Source: Azolla caroliniana
Taxonomy: Eukaryota; Plantae; Polypodiophyta
Assembly (NCBI GenBank): GCA_043228905.1
Contig: JBHGNT010000012.1
Coordinates: forward strand, 3,658,001 to 3,722,000
Direction of reading: 5' to 3'
DNA length: 64,000 nucleotides
Position 1 is the stretch's first letter; each line of letters opens with the position of its first letter. Of this stretch, positions 12,051 through 24,243 are shown piece after piece. The position numbers were made by a program, and so were the translations under genes. The notes beneath the pieces were generated by a model that saw only the letters and a list, made by a program, of their open reading frames with translations, was not told where the DNA came from and made no database searches.

Positions 12051-12817
12051 GTCCTCAATATGCTCGATGCTTCGTTGGGTTTGTTATGGTCCTTCTTCGA
12101 AGTGCGTTGATAGCGAAGAACTATTTCAACAGCCTCTTCGAAGGATTTTGGATCCTTATCGTGCACTATCCAGTGATAGTCCGAATTGGGGATGCCATTG
12201 ACAAAACAAGCTATTAACCAGTTATCCCCTTCTAGACCCGATTTTTGGATTTGGGTTCTAGCATGGTGAACATAGTCTTCTAGCGAGGAAAATTTCCTGC
12301 TAGAGAGGTTCATTAAAGCTTGTGCTGCCTCGGTTCAAGAGGGAGGTTGCAGAAATTGGCCCTTAAAAACCGTGACAAAATCTGTCCAGGTATCGGGCAA
12401 TTTCCCCATAGTACGGAGCTCACACCACCAGGCGGCGGCCTTACCCCCGAGTTCTCGGCCGACATATGCAATCTTCGTACTATCTGGCGTGGGATAGAGC
12501 TCAAAATGAGACTCCCATCGTCCCAGCCATGTGCAGATTGCTTCTTCGGTTCTTTCCTTTTTGTCTCCCGTAAATGGCTTAACGACAAATGATGGTTCAC
12601 CTTGTCGCTCATTAGGTCTATTAGTCTCACGTTGTAGACTAATGACACGTGCCTCAAGAGCACTCTGAGATTGCCGAAGTTTGGTCATTTGTTGAGTGGT
12701 GAAACTAAGGTATTGGGTTATTTGTGCCAAATACATCTCAGTGGACATTTGTCCAAGAGGATTCCCTTGAGTTCCTTCCGCTTGAGCGAATGACATCGGG
12801 TCGTTAATTTGAGCCAT
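11933..12817 (-). pseudogene. Frameshifted gag of element B
   Basis: PFTGDKK...WLGRWESHF...ELGGKAAAWW...TWTDFVTVFKGQF, then LEDYV...FVNGI...DPKSFEEAVEI. Confidence 0.8.
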
Positions 12818-12989
12818 TAAAGATTATTTCTGGAAAAGAAATAGGATAAGGTCAGAGAGATAGTCATAACATCATGTCGTGATGTAAACATATCATGGGC
12901 AAACATTAATCGATATCATGATCTCACGTGAATACCCCTCTAGACGTATGAGATGAGGTTCAAGATCAGGTTACTATGGTAACACAAAG

Positions 12990-15900
12990 TGTTGGAAGAC
13001 AAGGCCGTCAATGCGGAAGATCAAGAAGCATTCGATTCGAGTTGAAACCTGTGTATGACAGTTTCCAAGATCGTGCACAGAGATAGAGAGAGAGAGAGAG
13101 AGGAGGCACAAAAGACTCTTTCTATTCAATAGAAAAATAATACAACCCAACCTTACAAAAAGGTTACAAGGTCACTTTATATAGTGACCGACTTAGGGCA
13201 ACTCCCGTTTATGCTAATTACACAAATGGCCCAAACTTGAGCTATACAAAAGGGATAGTGTGAATACGTCCATTATACACTTGTATTCGACACTCCCCCG
13301 TAATGGGCGTATACATGGGTTATCTAAGATTACAGGTATAAACCTAGGTTCTCGGACATATCAGTTTTGTTCGAGTCGGCAGGGTCCGAAGGCAGAAGAC
13401 CGAACTGGTCGGGTCGGAAGAGTTGAAGCCGATCATTAAGGAACTGATGTCAGTTGTCGGAAACCATCCTGCGCTGTGTCCGGCTCTAACCGGACTGGTT
13501 TGTCGTTACGCCCATCTGATGCCGAAGAGACCGAAAGCGGTCTGCCGAAAGACACTTGGTCATTCCATCTGCGACATTGTCGGTTGTGGATATTTTCTCT
13601 AGACCGATTTTCCCTGAAATGACGCAGTCCCGAACGAAGTGATATCGAACGTCGATATGTTTGGAGGCGTTGTGGTGAACCGGATTTTTCGACAGGGCAA
13701 CAGCACCTTGACTGTCGCTATAGACAATTGGGGCCGAGTCATGGTCGACTTGCCGAAACGTGTGCGCCAGCCGGCCGAGCCACAAAGCTTCTTTTGCAGC
13801 GTCGGACGCAGCTACATATTCTGCTTCGGTCATTGAGGTCGCTGTGCACTCCTGAAGTTTCGACTTCCACGAAATTGCTCCATTGCCGAATTTGAAGCAG
13901 TATCCGGTTGTTGATTTCCGACTGTCTATACAGCCGGCGAAATCCGAGTCGGTGTAACCGACTACGCCTGAGGTTCGGTTCGGACCGAAAAGAATGCCGT
14001 GGTCTTTTGTGCCAGCCAGATATCTGAACACATGCTTGACTGCGTTCCAATGCGATCGGCCAGGATTGTGCATAAATCTGCTAACGACTCCTACGGCATG
14101 AGAGATATCAGGCCGTGTCGCGACCATCAGGTACATAAGGGAGCCGACTGTCGGTGCATACGGTACCGACTTCATATCTTCCCCCTCCGAACCGGATGTC
14201 GGGCAGTCTCGCTGAGAGAGCCGAAGATTCATGGGGAGCGGGGTTGAAGCAGATTTGGCTGATTGCATGTTGAAGCGTTCCAAGACACGTCCGATATAGT
14301 CGGTCTGAGACAAAAAAAGATGTCGTTTATCGCGATGCCGACTAATCTTCATGCCGAGTATGTGTCGTGCCGGACCGAGGTCCTTCATGGCAAACTTCAA
14401 CCGCAGTTGCCGAATGAGATCGGCAAGTTCGCCCGCGTGGCGTCCAGAAATTAGCATGTCGTCCACGTAAATGATGAGGAAGATGGGTGATCCATCTTGA
14501 GCTGTGTTGGTAAAAAGACAATGGTCCTCATCGCTTTTGGAGAAGCCGATCGATTGGATGAAGTCGTCGAACTTCTTGTACCATTGTCGCGGTGCCTGTT
14601 TGAGGCCATATAGACTCTTCCTGAGTCGGCAGACTAGATGTTCTTGGCCAGTTGCCACGAAGCCTTTTGGCTGCTCCATATAAATTTCCTCTTCAAGATC
14701 ACCATGGAGGAAGGCTGTTTTGACATCTAGCTGAATCAGCTCCAAGTTGTCGGCTGCCACTACGCCGAGTAGAAAACGAAGGGTTGTCATTTTCACCACT
14801 GGTGAAAAAATCTCGTCGAAGTCGACGCCATATTCTTGTCGGAAGCCCTTCGCAACTAATCTGGCCTTGTACTTTGGGGTGGTCGAATCAGACGTCTCTT
14901 TTAGTCGATAAACCCACTTGCAAGGAAGAGCACGTCGATTCTTAGGTAGTTCGACCAGATCCCAAGTCTTGTTTGCCCGAATGGAGTGCATTTCCGACTC
15001 CATCGCCAGATGCCAGGTGGCTGAATCGACAGATGTCGATGCTTCTTCGTAAGACGTCGGTTCGCCGGCGTCGGTGAAGAAAATTCCAGGAGAATACCTC
15101 TCCGGAGGTTGCGACAGTCTCTCGGATCGTCGAGGTATGACTGGACTGGTCGTATCGGGTATCGAGGTCGGATGGTCCGAAAGCGAATTATTCTGCTGTG
15201 CCGAGTCGGAGTTGTCCGAGTCGGTAGTGTAAGGTTCAGCTACCCGTGAAGCTGACCGTGTGTTAAGAGCGGGGCCTTCTTGAAGGGTCGGCACATCGGA
15301 AAATGTTACCCTTCGGACTTCGATCGGTGTTTCGACTGATGGAGTCATAGCCGACTCGTTGAACACAACGTCCGAACTTCGAACGATTTGTCTGCGTTCG
15401 GGGTCCCAGAGTCGGTATCCCATTTCGCCGTCTGATCCATATCCAAGGAAAATGCATTTCCTGGACCGAGGTGCAAGTTTTCGGCGATCATCTTTCGGAA
15501 TAAGGGCGTACGCCTCGCATCCGAAGATCCTCAGCTTGTCGTAATTCGGCTTACTGCCGATCCATAGTTCCTGAGGAATTTGAAGTCCTAGAGGTCTACT
15601 TGGCGACATATTGATTATGTGTACTGCCGTGAGTAGAGCCTCTGCCCAGAAGCCATCCGACAGTCCGGAGTGTTGGAGCATGGAAACTATCCGTTCTTGG
15701 ATTGTCCGATTCATGCGTTCTGCAATCCCGTTTTGCTCCGGACTGTGTGGTGCCGTAAATTCACGTCGGATGCCGCGTTGTCGGCAGAATTTGACGAATT
15801 CTTCTGATTTGAACTCTCCCCCATTGTCGGTCCGAAAGCATTTCAGTTTTCGGTCAGTTTGATTTTCCACCATAGCGAGCCAATCGGAGAAGATCGAGAA

Positions 15901-18405
15901 GACACGATCTTTGGTGCGAATTGGATAAGCCCACACCTTTCGAGTTGAATCGTCAATAAAACTGACGAAGTAAGAGGCACCGCCGAGAGACTGATGCGGC
16001 ATTGGGCCACAGACGTCCGAGTGGACTAAATCGAGAGGTCTCGTTTCTCTTGGTGCTGATGTCGGGTGTGATGCGGCTGCTTGTTTGCCATACTGGCAAT
16101 GTTCGCAGAATTGATGGTCCGAGAAGGAGAGTTTAGGGATGTATCTGGCTCTAGATAGGTGCGTAATGCCGGCCTTGCTGAGGTGTCCTAATCTTCTGTG
16201 CCATAGTGATGACATAGGAATATCCACCAAAAACAGGTTACCCTCTCTGAGCGTAACATGTAACGGATACAGTGAGTGTATCTTGGGTCCTCTAGCAAGC
16301 AGGAGGTTCCCCCTGTGGAGTGTCCACCCTCCCGAAGAGAAACCGGCACGAATGCCGTCTTCATCTAGTTGTCCGACTGAGATCAATGGCCTTGAGAGCT
16401 CGGGTACATGTCGGACATTGTGAAGTACAAGTGTAGAGCCACCTGCAAGGTTGAGCTCTACTGTGCCGATTCCAATGATGTCACAGTGTTGCGAGTTGCC
16501 GACTCGAACTGAGTCGGAGTGACGGATCGTATATTGCCGAAATTGGGATCGATGAGGAGTCACGTGAAATGACGCGCCCGAATCTAAGAGCCATGTGCTC
16601 GATTCTTCAGTCGTGAGCAGAACTTCTGATCCGACTGGATTTTCGATTGATAGTATATTCGGGTTGTTTGGTAGCACATCAGCTGAGAAGCTGACGTAAT
16701 TGATCTCCTCATGCCGGCCACTCTTCTTGTCTGATTTCTGAGACTTGTCGTTCTTGTTCTTGAGTGCGCGGCAGTCGGCTTTGATGTGTCCGGGTTTCTT
16801 GCAATAGTTGCAGATTCGGTTATCCCGTGACTGGCTCCGTCTTCGCTGATTGTTCGGCTGCCGTGAGGAATCTCTTCCTCGTATGTTCAATCGGTCTGTC
16901 GAACCTTGTACTACATAAGCGTCGTCTGTTGAGTCTTTGGCGAAAGACTTTCTCCGAGCTGCTTCAGTCAGGATTGCGCTCGTGACTTCGGAGTATTTAA
17001 CAGCCGTGGTTGACGCGTTGCACACGGTTGTGACGAAAGTTTCCCATGATGAGGGAAGGCTGCTCATGAGTATCATTGCTCTGAGTTCATCCTCGATTGC
17101 CGTCCCCTGAGATGAGATTTGGGAGCTTATGCTTTCGTACTCATTGAGATGTGCTTGAACCGAATCTGATTCTTTCATCCGCAAGTTGTAGAGGCGCCGG
17201 ATCAGAAACATCTTCGTTGCGGCGACCTTCTTTTCGTAGGTGTCCGACAGTGTTTTCCACAGTTCGAATGCTGTCGTACACGATTGCACCGTAAAGTATA
17301 CCGATTCCGATAGGTGCATCCGAATCGTGGCGCGGACGATTCTGTCCAGCTTCTGCCACTCAATTGGTTTGTATCCTTCTGGAGGTTCTTCATTTTCGAT
17401 GGGATCGATTTGCCCCTTGACTATGAGATAGTCCTGCATTTGCTCCTTCCAGAAGTTGAAGTTCGATCCATCGAACTTTCGTAGACTCATTTCTGACGAG
17501 CCGGATGTTGATGCCATCAAATTTGGTTTCGGTTGACGAAGCTCGGTTCGGAGTTGACTACGAACCTTGTTGGAGTGCAGCCGGTTGGCTCACCCGATAT
17601 CGTTCTAGTCGGATTTGAACCCGAGTCGGTTCGGCTTCGGATATATGTGCCGAACACCGATTATTGAAACCGATTGTCTGGACCGATTCTGCTTCGGGTG
17701 ACTGCAGCGACGAGAGAGACGGATCCAACTGATCCTCCCGAATGTCGATCAGCCGGATGAAGCACGAATTTGGGGTTGTTGTCTTGAGACCGATCTGCAC
17801 CGAGTGGTTACAATGAGCGGCGAGCATCGTTTGATGACCTCTTCGGATGCCGTTTAACCGAGTGGAGCACGATCGTGTCAATGTTGCACAAGGGGATTTC
17901 ACCTCGAGCGGTTACGATCACAAGGAACAGAGTACAACCTGCTGGCTTACTCCAAGCGAAGATGATCTAACGCGATGAGATGCAAGCCTTGTTTTTCTTC
18001 TTCTTCTCTCTTCTTCGAGTGACGCAAGAAACCGAACGCTGTGCAGGCTGAGACGACGGCCGACAGCGGGTTGAGGAACCTGGCTCTGATACCAAATGTT
18101 GGAAGACAAGGCCGTCAATGCGGAAGATCAAGAAGCATTCGATTCGAGTTGAAACCTGTGTATGACAGTTTCCAAGATCGTGCACAGAGATAGAGAGAGA
18201 GAGAGAGAGAGAGAGGAGGCACAAAAGACTCTTTCTATTCAATAGAAAAATAATACAACCCAACCTTACAAAAAGGTTACAAGGTCACTTTATATAGTGA
18301 CCGACTTAGGGCAACTCCCGTTTATGCTAATTACACAAATGGCCCAAACTTGAGCTATACAAAAGGGATAGTGTGAATACGTCCATTATACACTTGTATT
18401 CGACA
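12990..18405 (-). mobile_element. Element C: intact full-length Ty1/copia retrotransposon
   Basis: LTRs 12990-13292 and 18097-18405, perfect TSD CAAAG, Met-i PBS TGGTATCAGAGC 18083-18094, PPT 13293-13300, single uninterrupted ORF. Confidence 0.98.
13486..17517 (-). CDS. Copia Gag-Pol polyprotein (GAG-PR-IN-RT-RH), about 1343 aa
   Basis: CNYCKKPGHIKADC knuckle, WLLDSGASFH, HSDVCGP / RTDNGGEF / QNGIAER integrase, YVDD RT, YTDSDFAG RNase H. The ATG is at 17517; the ORF track starts at an upstream TTG. Confidence 0.97.
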   Translation of the reverse strand: MASTSGSSEMSLRKFDGSNFNFWKEQMQDYLIVKGQIDPIENEEPPEGYKPIEWQKLDRIVRATIRMHLSESVYFTVQSCTTAFELWKTLSDTYEKKVAATKMFLIRRLYNLRMKESDSVQAHLNEYESISSQISSQGTAIEDELRAMILMSSLPSSWETFVTTVCNASTTAVKYSEVTSAILTEAARRKSFAKDSTDDAYVVQGSTDRLNIRGRDSSRQPNNQRRRSQSRDNRICNYCKKPGHIKADCRALKNKNDKSQKSDKKSGRHEEINYVSFSADVLPNNPNILSIENPVGSEVLLTTEESSTWLLDSGASFHVTPHRSQFRQYTIRHSDSVRVGNSQHCDIIGIGTVELNLAGGSTLVLHNVRHVPELSRPLISVGQLDEDGIRAGFSSGGWTLHRGNLLLARGPKIHSLYPLHVTLREGNLFLVDIPMSSLWHRRLGHLSKAGITHLSRARYIPKLSFSDHQFCEHCQYGKQAAASHPTSAPRETRPLDLVHSDVCGPMPHQSLGGASYFVSFIDDSTRKVWAYPIRTKDRVFSIFSDWLAMVENQTDRKLKCFRTDNGGEFKSEEFVKFCRQRGIRREFTAPHSPEQNGIAERMNRTIQERIVSMLQHSGLSDGFWAEALLTAVHIINMSPSRPLGLQIPQELWIGSKPNYDKLRIFGCEAYALIPKDDRRKLAPRSRKCIFLGYGSDGEMGYRLWDPERRQIVRSSDVVFNESAMTPSVETPIEVRRVTFSDVPTLQEGPALNTRSASRVAEPYTTDSDNSDSAQQNNSLSDHPTSIPDTTSPVIPRRSERLSQPPERYSPGIFFTDAGEPTSYEEASTSVDSATWHLAMESEMHSIRANKTWDLVELPKNRRALPCKWVYRLKETSDSTTPKYKARLVAKGFRQEYGVDFDEIFSPVVKMTTLRFLLGVVAADNLELIQLDVKTAFLHGDLEEEIYMEQPKGFVATGQEHLVCRLRKSLYGLKQAPRQWYKKFDDFIQSIGFSKSDEDHCLFTNTAQDGSPIFLIIYVDDMLISGRHAGELADLIRQLRLKFAMKDLGPARHILGMKISRHRDKRHLFLSQTDYIGRVLERFNMQSAKSASTPLPMNLRLSQRDCPTSGSEGEDMKSVPYAPTVGSLMYLMVATRPDISHAVGVVSRFMHNPGRSHWNAVKHVFRYLAGTKDHGILFGPNRTSGVVGYTDSDFAGCIDSRKSTTGYCFKFGNGAISWKSKLQECTATSMTEAEYVAASDAAKEALWLGRLAHTFRQVDHDSAPIVYSDSQGAVALSKNPVHHNASKHIDVRYHFVRDCVISGKIGLEKISTTDNVADGMTKCLSADRFRSLRHQMGVTTNQSG

Positions 18406-19418
18406 CAAAGGTGTTTTAAAAACCATGGGGGTGACAATTTAATGTCTTTCCCTGATCTCTATATCGATTTTTTCATGGCAGCTCCCCGAGGCTCAACCAT
18501 GTATGTTCGCGTCATGAGTAGTTTATACACGAAAAAAATGTTAACAATAAACTATGTTTCTTTGCCCACATATGTGGTTTCGGCTCTTTAAGTCCTATTA
18601 CGAGGACCTCGAGGTGCACTTAGACCTTAAGTCTAAACATGTGTTATAGTCATATGTATCAAGGATGTTGTATGGTCTTGGTCATATTTGAACTCGAGAC
18701 CTCGAGAACAAATACATTAAACACTTGAGCCAACCAAGTAAGTTGCTCTTCTCGAATGCTTAATGTTTGATGCGTATAAGAGATATGCGAGGCATTTGAT
18801 CATATATGTTTTTTTAAAAAGAACATATATGTCAAGGGTCCTTATTTCGCCCTCATTTACCAAAACTATGTTGGTACATTACCTAACCTAGAGTCTCGTA
18901 ATTACGATGGCATACGCCAAAGTGCAACCTAATGGTCAAGCCAAATGAGGCCTTGTTTCATAGTAGGCCCACGTGGCCCATCACATGGTCACGGCATAAC
19001 GAATGCCTCTCGTAAGAACAAGCTCATGGTGGCATCATATCCATGTAACGAGGGAGGGATGTTGGATACGTGTGTCATTGGAGCGACCTCACTTGAAGTG
19101 GGTCAAGCCCTACGTACTCAACATCATTATGGCTATAGGCGTTTCTTTACGTAACGAAATCGAGGTCCTCAATGGGGTTGTCAACAATAAAAAATTGTTG
19201 AAAAAGGGATGGTGAAAACGCCATTCTCACAAAAATGTGAGGACGGCCACCAACATCCTTTTCCCGACAAGGACAACTTTCGATATAATCACGTAATAAC
19301 GAATATACACATATGTTTACTTATCACATATATACGATCAAATACGTATATACGTGACCACATATGCCTATATTAAACATATCGTTATATTAAATAGCCA
19401 CAAATGATGTGATCGAGA

Positions 19419-19680
19419 TACGTAATCGAGGTATATACCTCTACGCACACGAAACATCCACAAATAAGAGATCATCGTAATACGCAATTGAGGTATTGAC
19501 CTCTTATGCATACGAGACCAAACACATATCCTTTACAATAAATCAAGGTATTAAACTCATACGCAAACGTAACATATGTTCGTGAACGTAATACGTAATT
19601 GAGGTATTAACCTTGTACGCATACGACACTCATCACATATTATTTATATGTCAAACGAGGTATTGACCTCGTGCACATAT
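19419..19680. repeat. About five degenerate ~60-bp repeats with a GAGG-N6-CCTC hairpin core in the 5' leader of B
   Basis: TACGTAATCGAGGTATATACCTCTACGCA-like units at about 19419, 19481, 19540, 19592 and 19655. Confidence 0.75.
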
Positions 19681-22600
19681 GTAAACGTTTTAGATAATCA
19701 ATTAAAGACCACTACAACATCATTGACTTAATGAAAAAAATGACATATAAACTAAACACATGATTAGATGGGAGAAGAGAGAATAGAAAAAAAAATTACG
19801 GAAAGAGTTACCGAAGTTCTTTGTTGATCGTTGTCTGGATCAAGGCCGACCGCACATCGATCGATCACCATCAATCAAAAGACAAAAGACAAACAAAGAA
19901 ACATTAGTACATAGCTCTGAAACCAAATATTAGAGATCTAGGTACTAAAGTAAGCCTAAGATAAGGATAAACTAATGATAGATAGAAAGGAGAAAGAGAA
20001 AGAAGGGTGCCGATCCACCCGACCACCCCCGAGCGAAGGGATCAAGACGGACTTGAGCCTCGATCGGCGTCCCATACCACTGTCGTGGCGTCGAGTCGTA
20101 CCTGGTGTTGGCGCGCTCGCTACAAGAGTTGACCCACCACAAGAGCAGAGTCTCGATGTAGTCAAAAGATGATCAAATGAGGGTAGCTAGGCCTCTTATT
20201 TATAGCGATACCCAAGGCCCCCAGGCAAGTTCACACTTGACTTAATGGGTTGTCTCAATCCTGAGGATTAAAAGTAATCCTCCCCTTCTCTACACTCTCG
20301 TTTAACCCTCACACTTATCCACGTGTATAGAATACTATGGTAAATTCTCACCATGGGATATTAAATGGTCATGCCCGTAACACGAGCCATCGACGTTATA
20401 CTTGACTTTGTACACCCACTTGCATCCAATCGGCCCAGGCACGAAAAAGAATGGGCGAGTTCGAAGAGGAGGAACAAAGACGACGCGGGCGAGGCATAAG
20501 GAACAAAGGACTCAAGGGTTGGCTACCTTTGACCTCGCCAATCACATTCTTTTCATGGCACATGCCAGAGGATGTGCGGTTTGGTGGGGGTGGATGTCGT
20601 GATGTGGTATGTCTGAGTGTGGGAAAACCGGCGAAAGGGGGTCAAAATGTGTATGTGCACACAAAGACAATTAATTGTGCACATGCAAAAGAAAAGGGAA
20701 AAGGAAGGGTGCAAAGGAGGTATAGAAACTCGTGTAAAAGAGAGAGGAGAGATGAAAAGTAGAGAGGAGACAAGTTGTGGATTTGTATACATAGGATATA
20801 ATAGGGAGTTAATGGGCTAGTGGATAGACATATTAACTATTAGTTAAAGGTGCACGCTTCAAATCTGGCCTGACAATGTAGCGTGATTAAATGAATTTTA
20901 TTCTTTTTCCATTGAAGACGATGTGGCGAACCCCCTTCCTTTTTTCTTCCTATAAAAGGAGGTCGAGGGGGGCTCATTGGGGGACCATTTTTTTTGAGTT
21001 TTAGAGGTAGACCTTTAGGAATTGGAGATTTATCTTCTTCTCTTTGATTTCTAGGGTTTTGGGAAGTGTACCATTAGGGTTTTGATTTTAGGGTTTTCTT
21101 GTTTTTCTTTTCTTTTACTTTCTATTGGGTTTAGAGCTAATGAGTTCTTTCTCATCTTCTTCTAGCTAGAGTTTATGGTTTTGATACTTCTTCCTCTTCT
21201 TGGTCATTCGGAGGTTCTTATGGGTTCTTGATCTCTCTCTCACACATGCTCATCCTTGAGGTGTGTCTGTGGCCTTGTGTTGGTGTTGGCGCTCGAGGTG
21301 CTCGGGGAGCTCGTGAGCTCGAGGCTTGTTGGTCCGGCGTTGCTTTGCCCCTGTTCGTTGTTGCGAGCCCGTGTGCTCACCCGTTCGGGTGGTTCTCGGT
21401 CGATGGTGTCAGTGCCCGTGTTCGTCGTTGCGAGTCCGTGAGCTCACCGTTTGTGTGGTCCAAGGTTTATGGTGTTGGTGTGGTCGATTCTCGTGGTACA
21501 TGGTTCTCGGTTCGTGTGGTGTGCGGTGGTGTGCTCCTGTTTGGTGATTGTTGTCGTCACGAATTCCCATCTTCGTCCCTCTCTATTGTACCAGTCTTGT
21601 TTGTCTAGCATAGTCGAGACTGGCCTAAGTGCCATCGTTGTAAATCTATTGAGGCTTTGAGCCTTATAAATTGTTTTGGTATATACTATGGTGTCTAGAT
21701 CTCGACTCCTTTTGTTCTTGTTGTGTCAAATGTCAAGTCATCCATTTTTGTGTTCGGAAACATTCTCGTTGAAGTGCTAGAGTCGCTAGGCCCTCGATGT
21801 TTTATGTTTGTATGGGAACTGTTGGCCGTGAACCCACACGGTAATGTTGTCGAAACCGAATGCGATGTTGTAAGCTCCTCCTTTTCTCCTTCTCCCTAGT
21901 TCGAGACCCTCGTGGTCCTGGCCGAACGACATGCACGCGAATCTTCACGACATAATAGGGTGAACCCGACGTGAAAGGGCGGGAAGGGAGGGTGATGGAG
22001 GAAGAAGATATCGAGGAGATGATGTTGAGTATGATCATGGAGTTTTCGAGGGAAAGAGAAAGGCGAGATGCGGCTCAACAAGCCGTCAAGAGCGTGGTTG
22101 AAAAAGTCGGTCGTTTGAATGGGGATGAGGTCCCAAAAATTTTAAAAACCTATAATGCCGAGATGATGACTGTTAGGAAACAGGTCCCTCCGGATGGGAA
22201 GTGAGAAGAACAATACTGATGAGCAGCGGATGTGGAGTACCCGGCAACAGAAGACCCGGTGTGAACCGGATGTGGAGTACCCGGGTACGGAAGACCCGGT
22301 GAGAACCGGATGACGAGTACTTGGCTACGGAAGACCCGGTAAGAGCCGGATGGTGAAGGCCCGGTGAGAAGTACTCATCGGATGAAGGGACATATTCGTA
22401 AATATGTTTTCTGAGAGTCCATCGTGACTATATTTGTAAATAGCCGAAAAGTCATATTAGTATAAATATGACTTAGGGCAAACTTAATTTGTTGTTGTCA
22501 TTCTTGTTGGTGCAAGATCAGAGCGTTGTTCATCGGGAGCGTGTAGCTCTTGTCAAAGTGGTATCAGAGCGAAACGATACAAAAAATGGACGAATCGTTG

Positions 22601-23042
22601 GGCGGCATGTTCAAGCTCACCGGCTCAAACTATTCAGTGTGGAAGTCAAAGATGAGGGACATGCTCGTGGTTAAAGATCTTTGGTTGCCAGTTCAGTTCG
22701 GGGACAAGAGACTGGAGAACATCGACACCACGATATGGGAGGTGATGCACATGAAGACAACGACTTACATACGGTGCTTCATCAACATGAGCCTATACAA
22801 CAACTTCAATGAAGAGAGCAAGGCTCATGAACTATGGGAGAAGATCGACATTATGTTTCAGAACAAAAGTGTTTTTAACCAGGTTTCGGTATTCCGGAAG
22901 CTAGTAAGACTCCGGTACCAAGATGGCTCGAGCATGGCGGAGCACATGAATGCCTTCCAGGGGCTGATACACCAGGCAACTTCATTGGAAATACCTCTCG
23001 CCGATGAGGTACTAGTGCTACTCCTGCTCGGTTCCCTCCCGG

Positions 23043-24243
23043 TGTCGCGAAAATACGACGAGGATACGGGAACTTTGAGGCAAGACCCCGGGGCCTCCGA
23101 CCAGAGGATAATCACATTCGTGCGTTTATATTTTTAACAAATAACGGAAAGAAGAAATTTAATAATTTTCATTAACAAAGGAAAAAGAAATTACAATATG
23201 TCCCAAGATTGGGATTTAGAAGTTTTAGGTTTACTAAGATTAATAGAAAAGAAAAATTAGGGGTTTTGAGAGATATGGCTTCCGTAGGGAAGATTAGGAT
23301 TAGGTTATATGAGTATTATGTCTTCAGTAGGGGAGATTAGGGTTTTTGAGTGTTATGGCTTCCGTAGGGAATTTTAGGGTTTATGAGAGTTATGGCTTCC
23401 CTAAGATAAGGGAGTTGAGAAGAAAATTAAGATAATATGGAGAGTATCCCAGTATAGGAAAAAAAATGGAATTATATATGGAGTTCCTCGTTGATCATAT
23501 GCCTCCACTTTTAGTTGCATAGCTTTTCTTTTCGTTGAATCTATTTTTAGTTGCATGGCTTTTTCTTTAGTTGCATGCGACCGTCCACTTGACCTTTACT
23601 TTAGTTTGTTGCATGATCCAATCTTTTGTCCGTCCGTGTCCAACCTCGTCCAGTAGCCGGTTCCATTTTGCTTGTCGGTCGGTTCCGATTCCGATTTTGC
23701 TTGCCGGCGAGTTTCTGATTTGCTTGCCAGTTCCGATTTTGCTTACCGGCCGGTTTCCAGTTTTGCTTGCCGGCCGGTTTCCGGTTTGCATACCCGTTCC
23801 GGCTCCGGTTTGCTTGCCAACCGGTTCTGGTTTTGCATACCGACCGGTTTCCGGATTGCATACCGGCCGATTTCCGGATTTGCTTACCGGCCCCGTTTTA
23901 CGGATTTGCTTACCGGCCAGTTTCCGGTTTTAGGGAATTTGGCCACCATCATCCATCAAGACAAAGTGGCCAAAGTGCTCTTAACACAAATGACAAATGA
24001 GGGAGCTCAAGGTGTTTATATAGCCAGGGCCTTAACTTTCCTATCTATGTGGGATAGTTCTAATTTCCCTATCTTCTCAAACTTTATTTTCTCATAACTT
24101 GATATGTATTTCTCCATTTTTTATATAGTAAAAAACATTTTGAAGCTCTTGAGTATATCCATCTTTCTATAATACTCTACTAATCTAATCTATAATAATT
24201 ATTTCATTATTTTTTTACATAGTGAGTGAAGATTCACACGACA
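23043..24243 (-). mobile_element. W3: solo LTR of the Trp-primed group
   Basis: TGTCG...CGACA termini, 4-bp TSD CCGG/CCGA, interrupts D gag at GSLP|SWET. Internal ~24-bp tandem repeats at 23690-23930. Confidence 0.85.

Larger units (their letters stand above)
10861..20382 (-). mobile_element. Element B: internally deleted Met-primed chromovirus (Ty3/gypsy)
   Basis: LTRs 10861-11302 and 19928-20382, TSD CGGGC/CGAGC, PBS TGGTTTCAGAGC (about 19913-19925), PPT 11304-11316. Gag is joined directly to the integrase C-terminus and chromodomain. Confidence 0.9.

Noticed and set aside
23258-23382. Interstitial telomere
   Set aside because: Isolated motifs inside an LTR, not a tandem TTTAGGG array.
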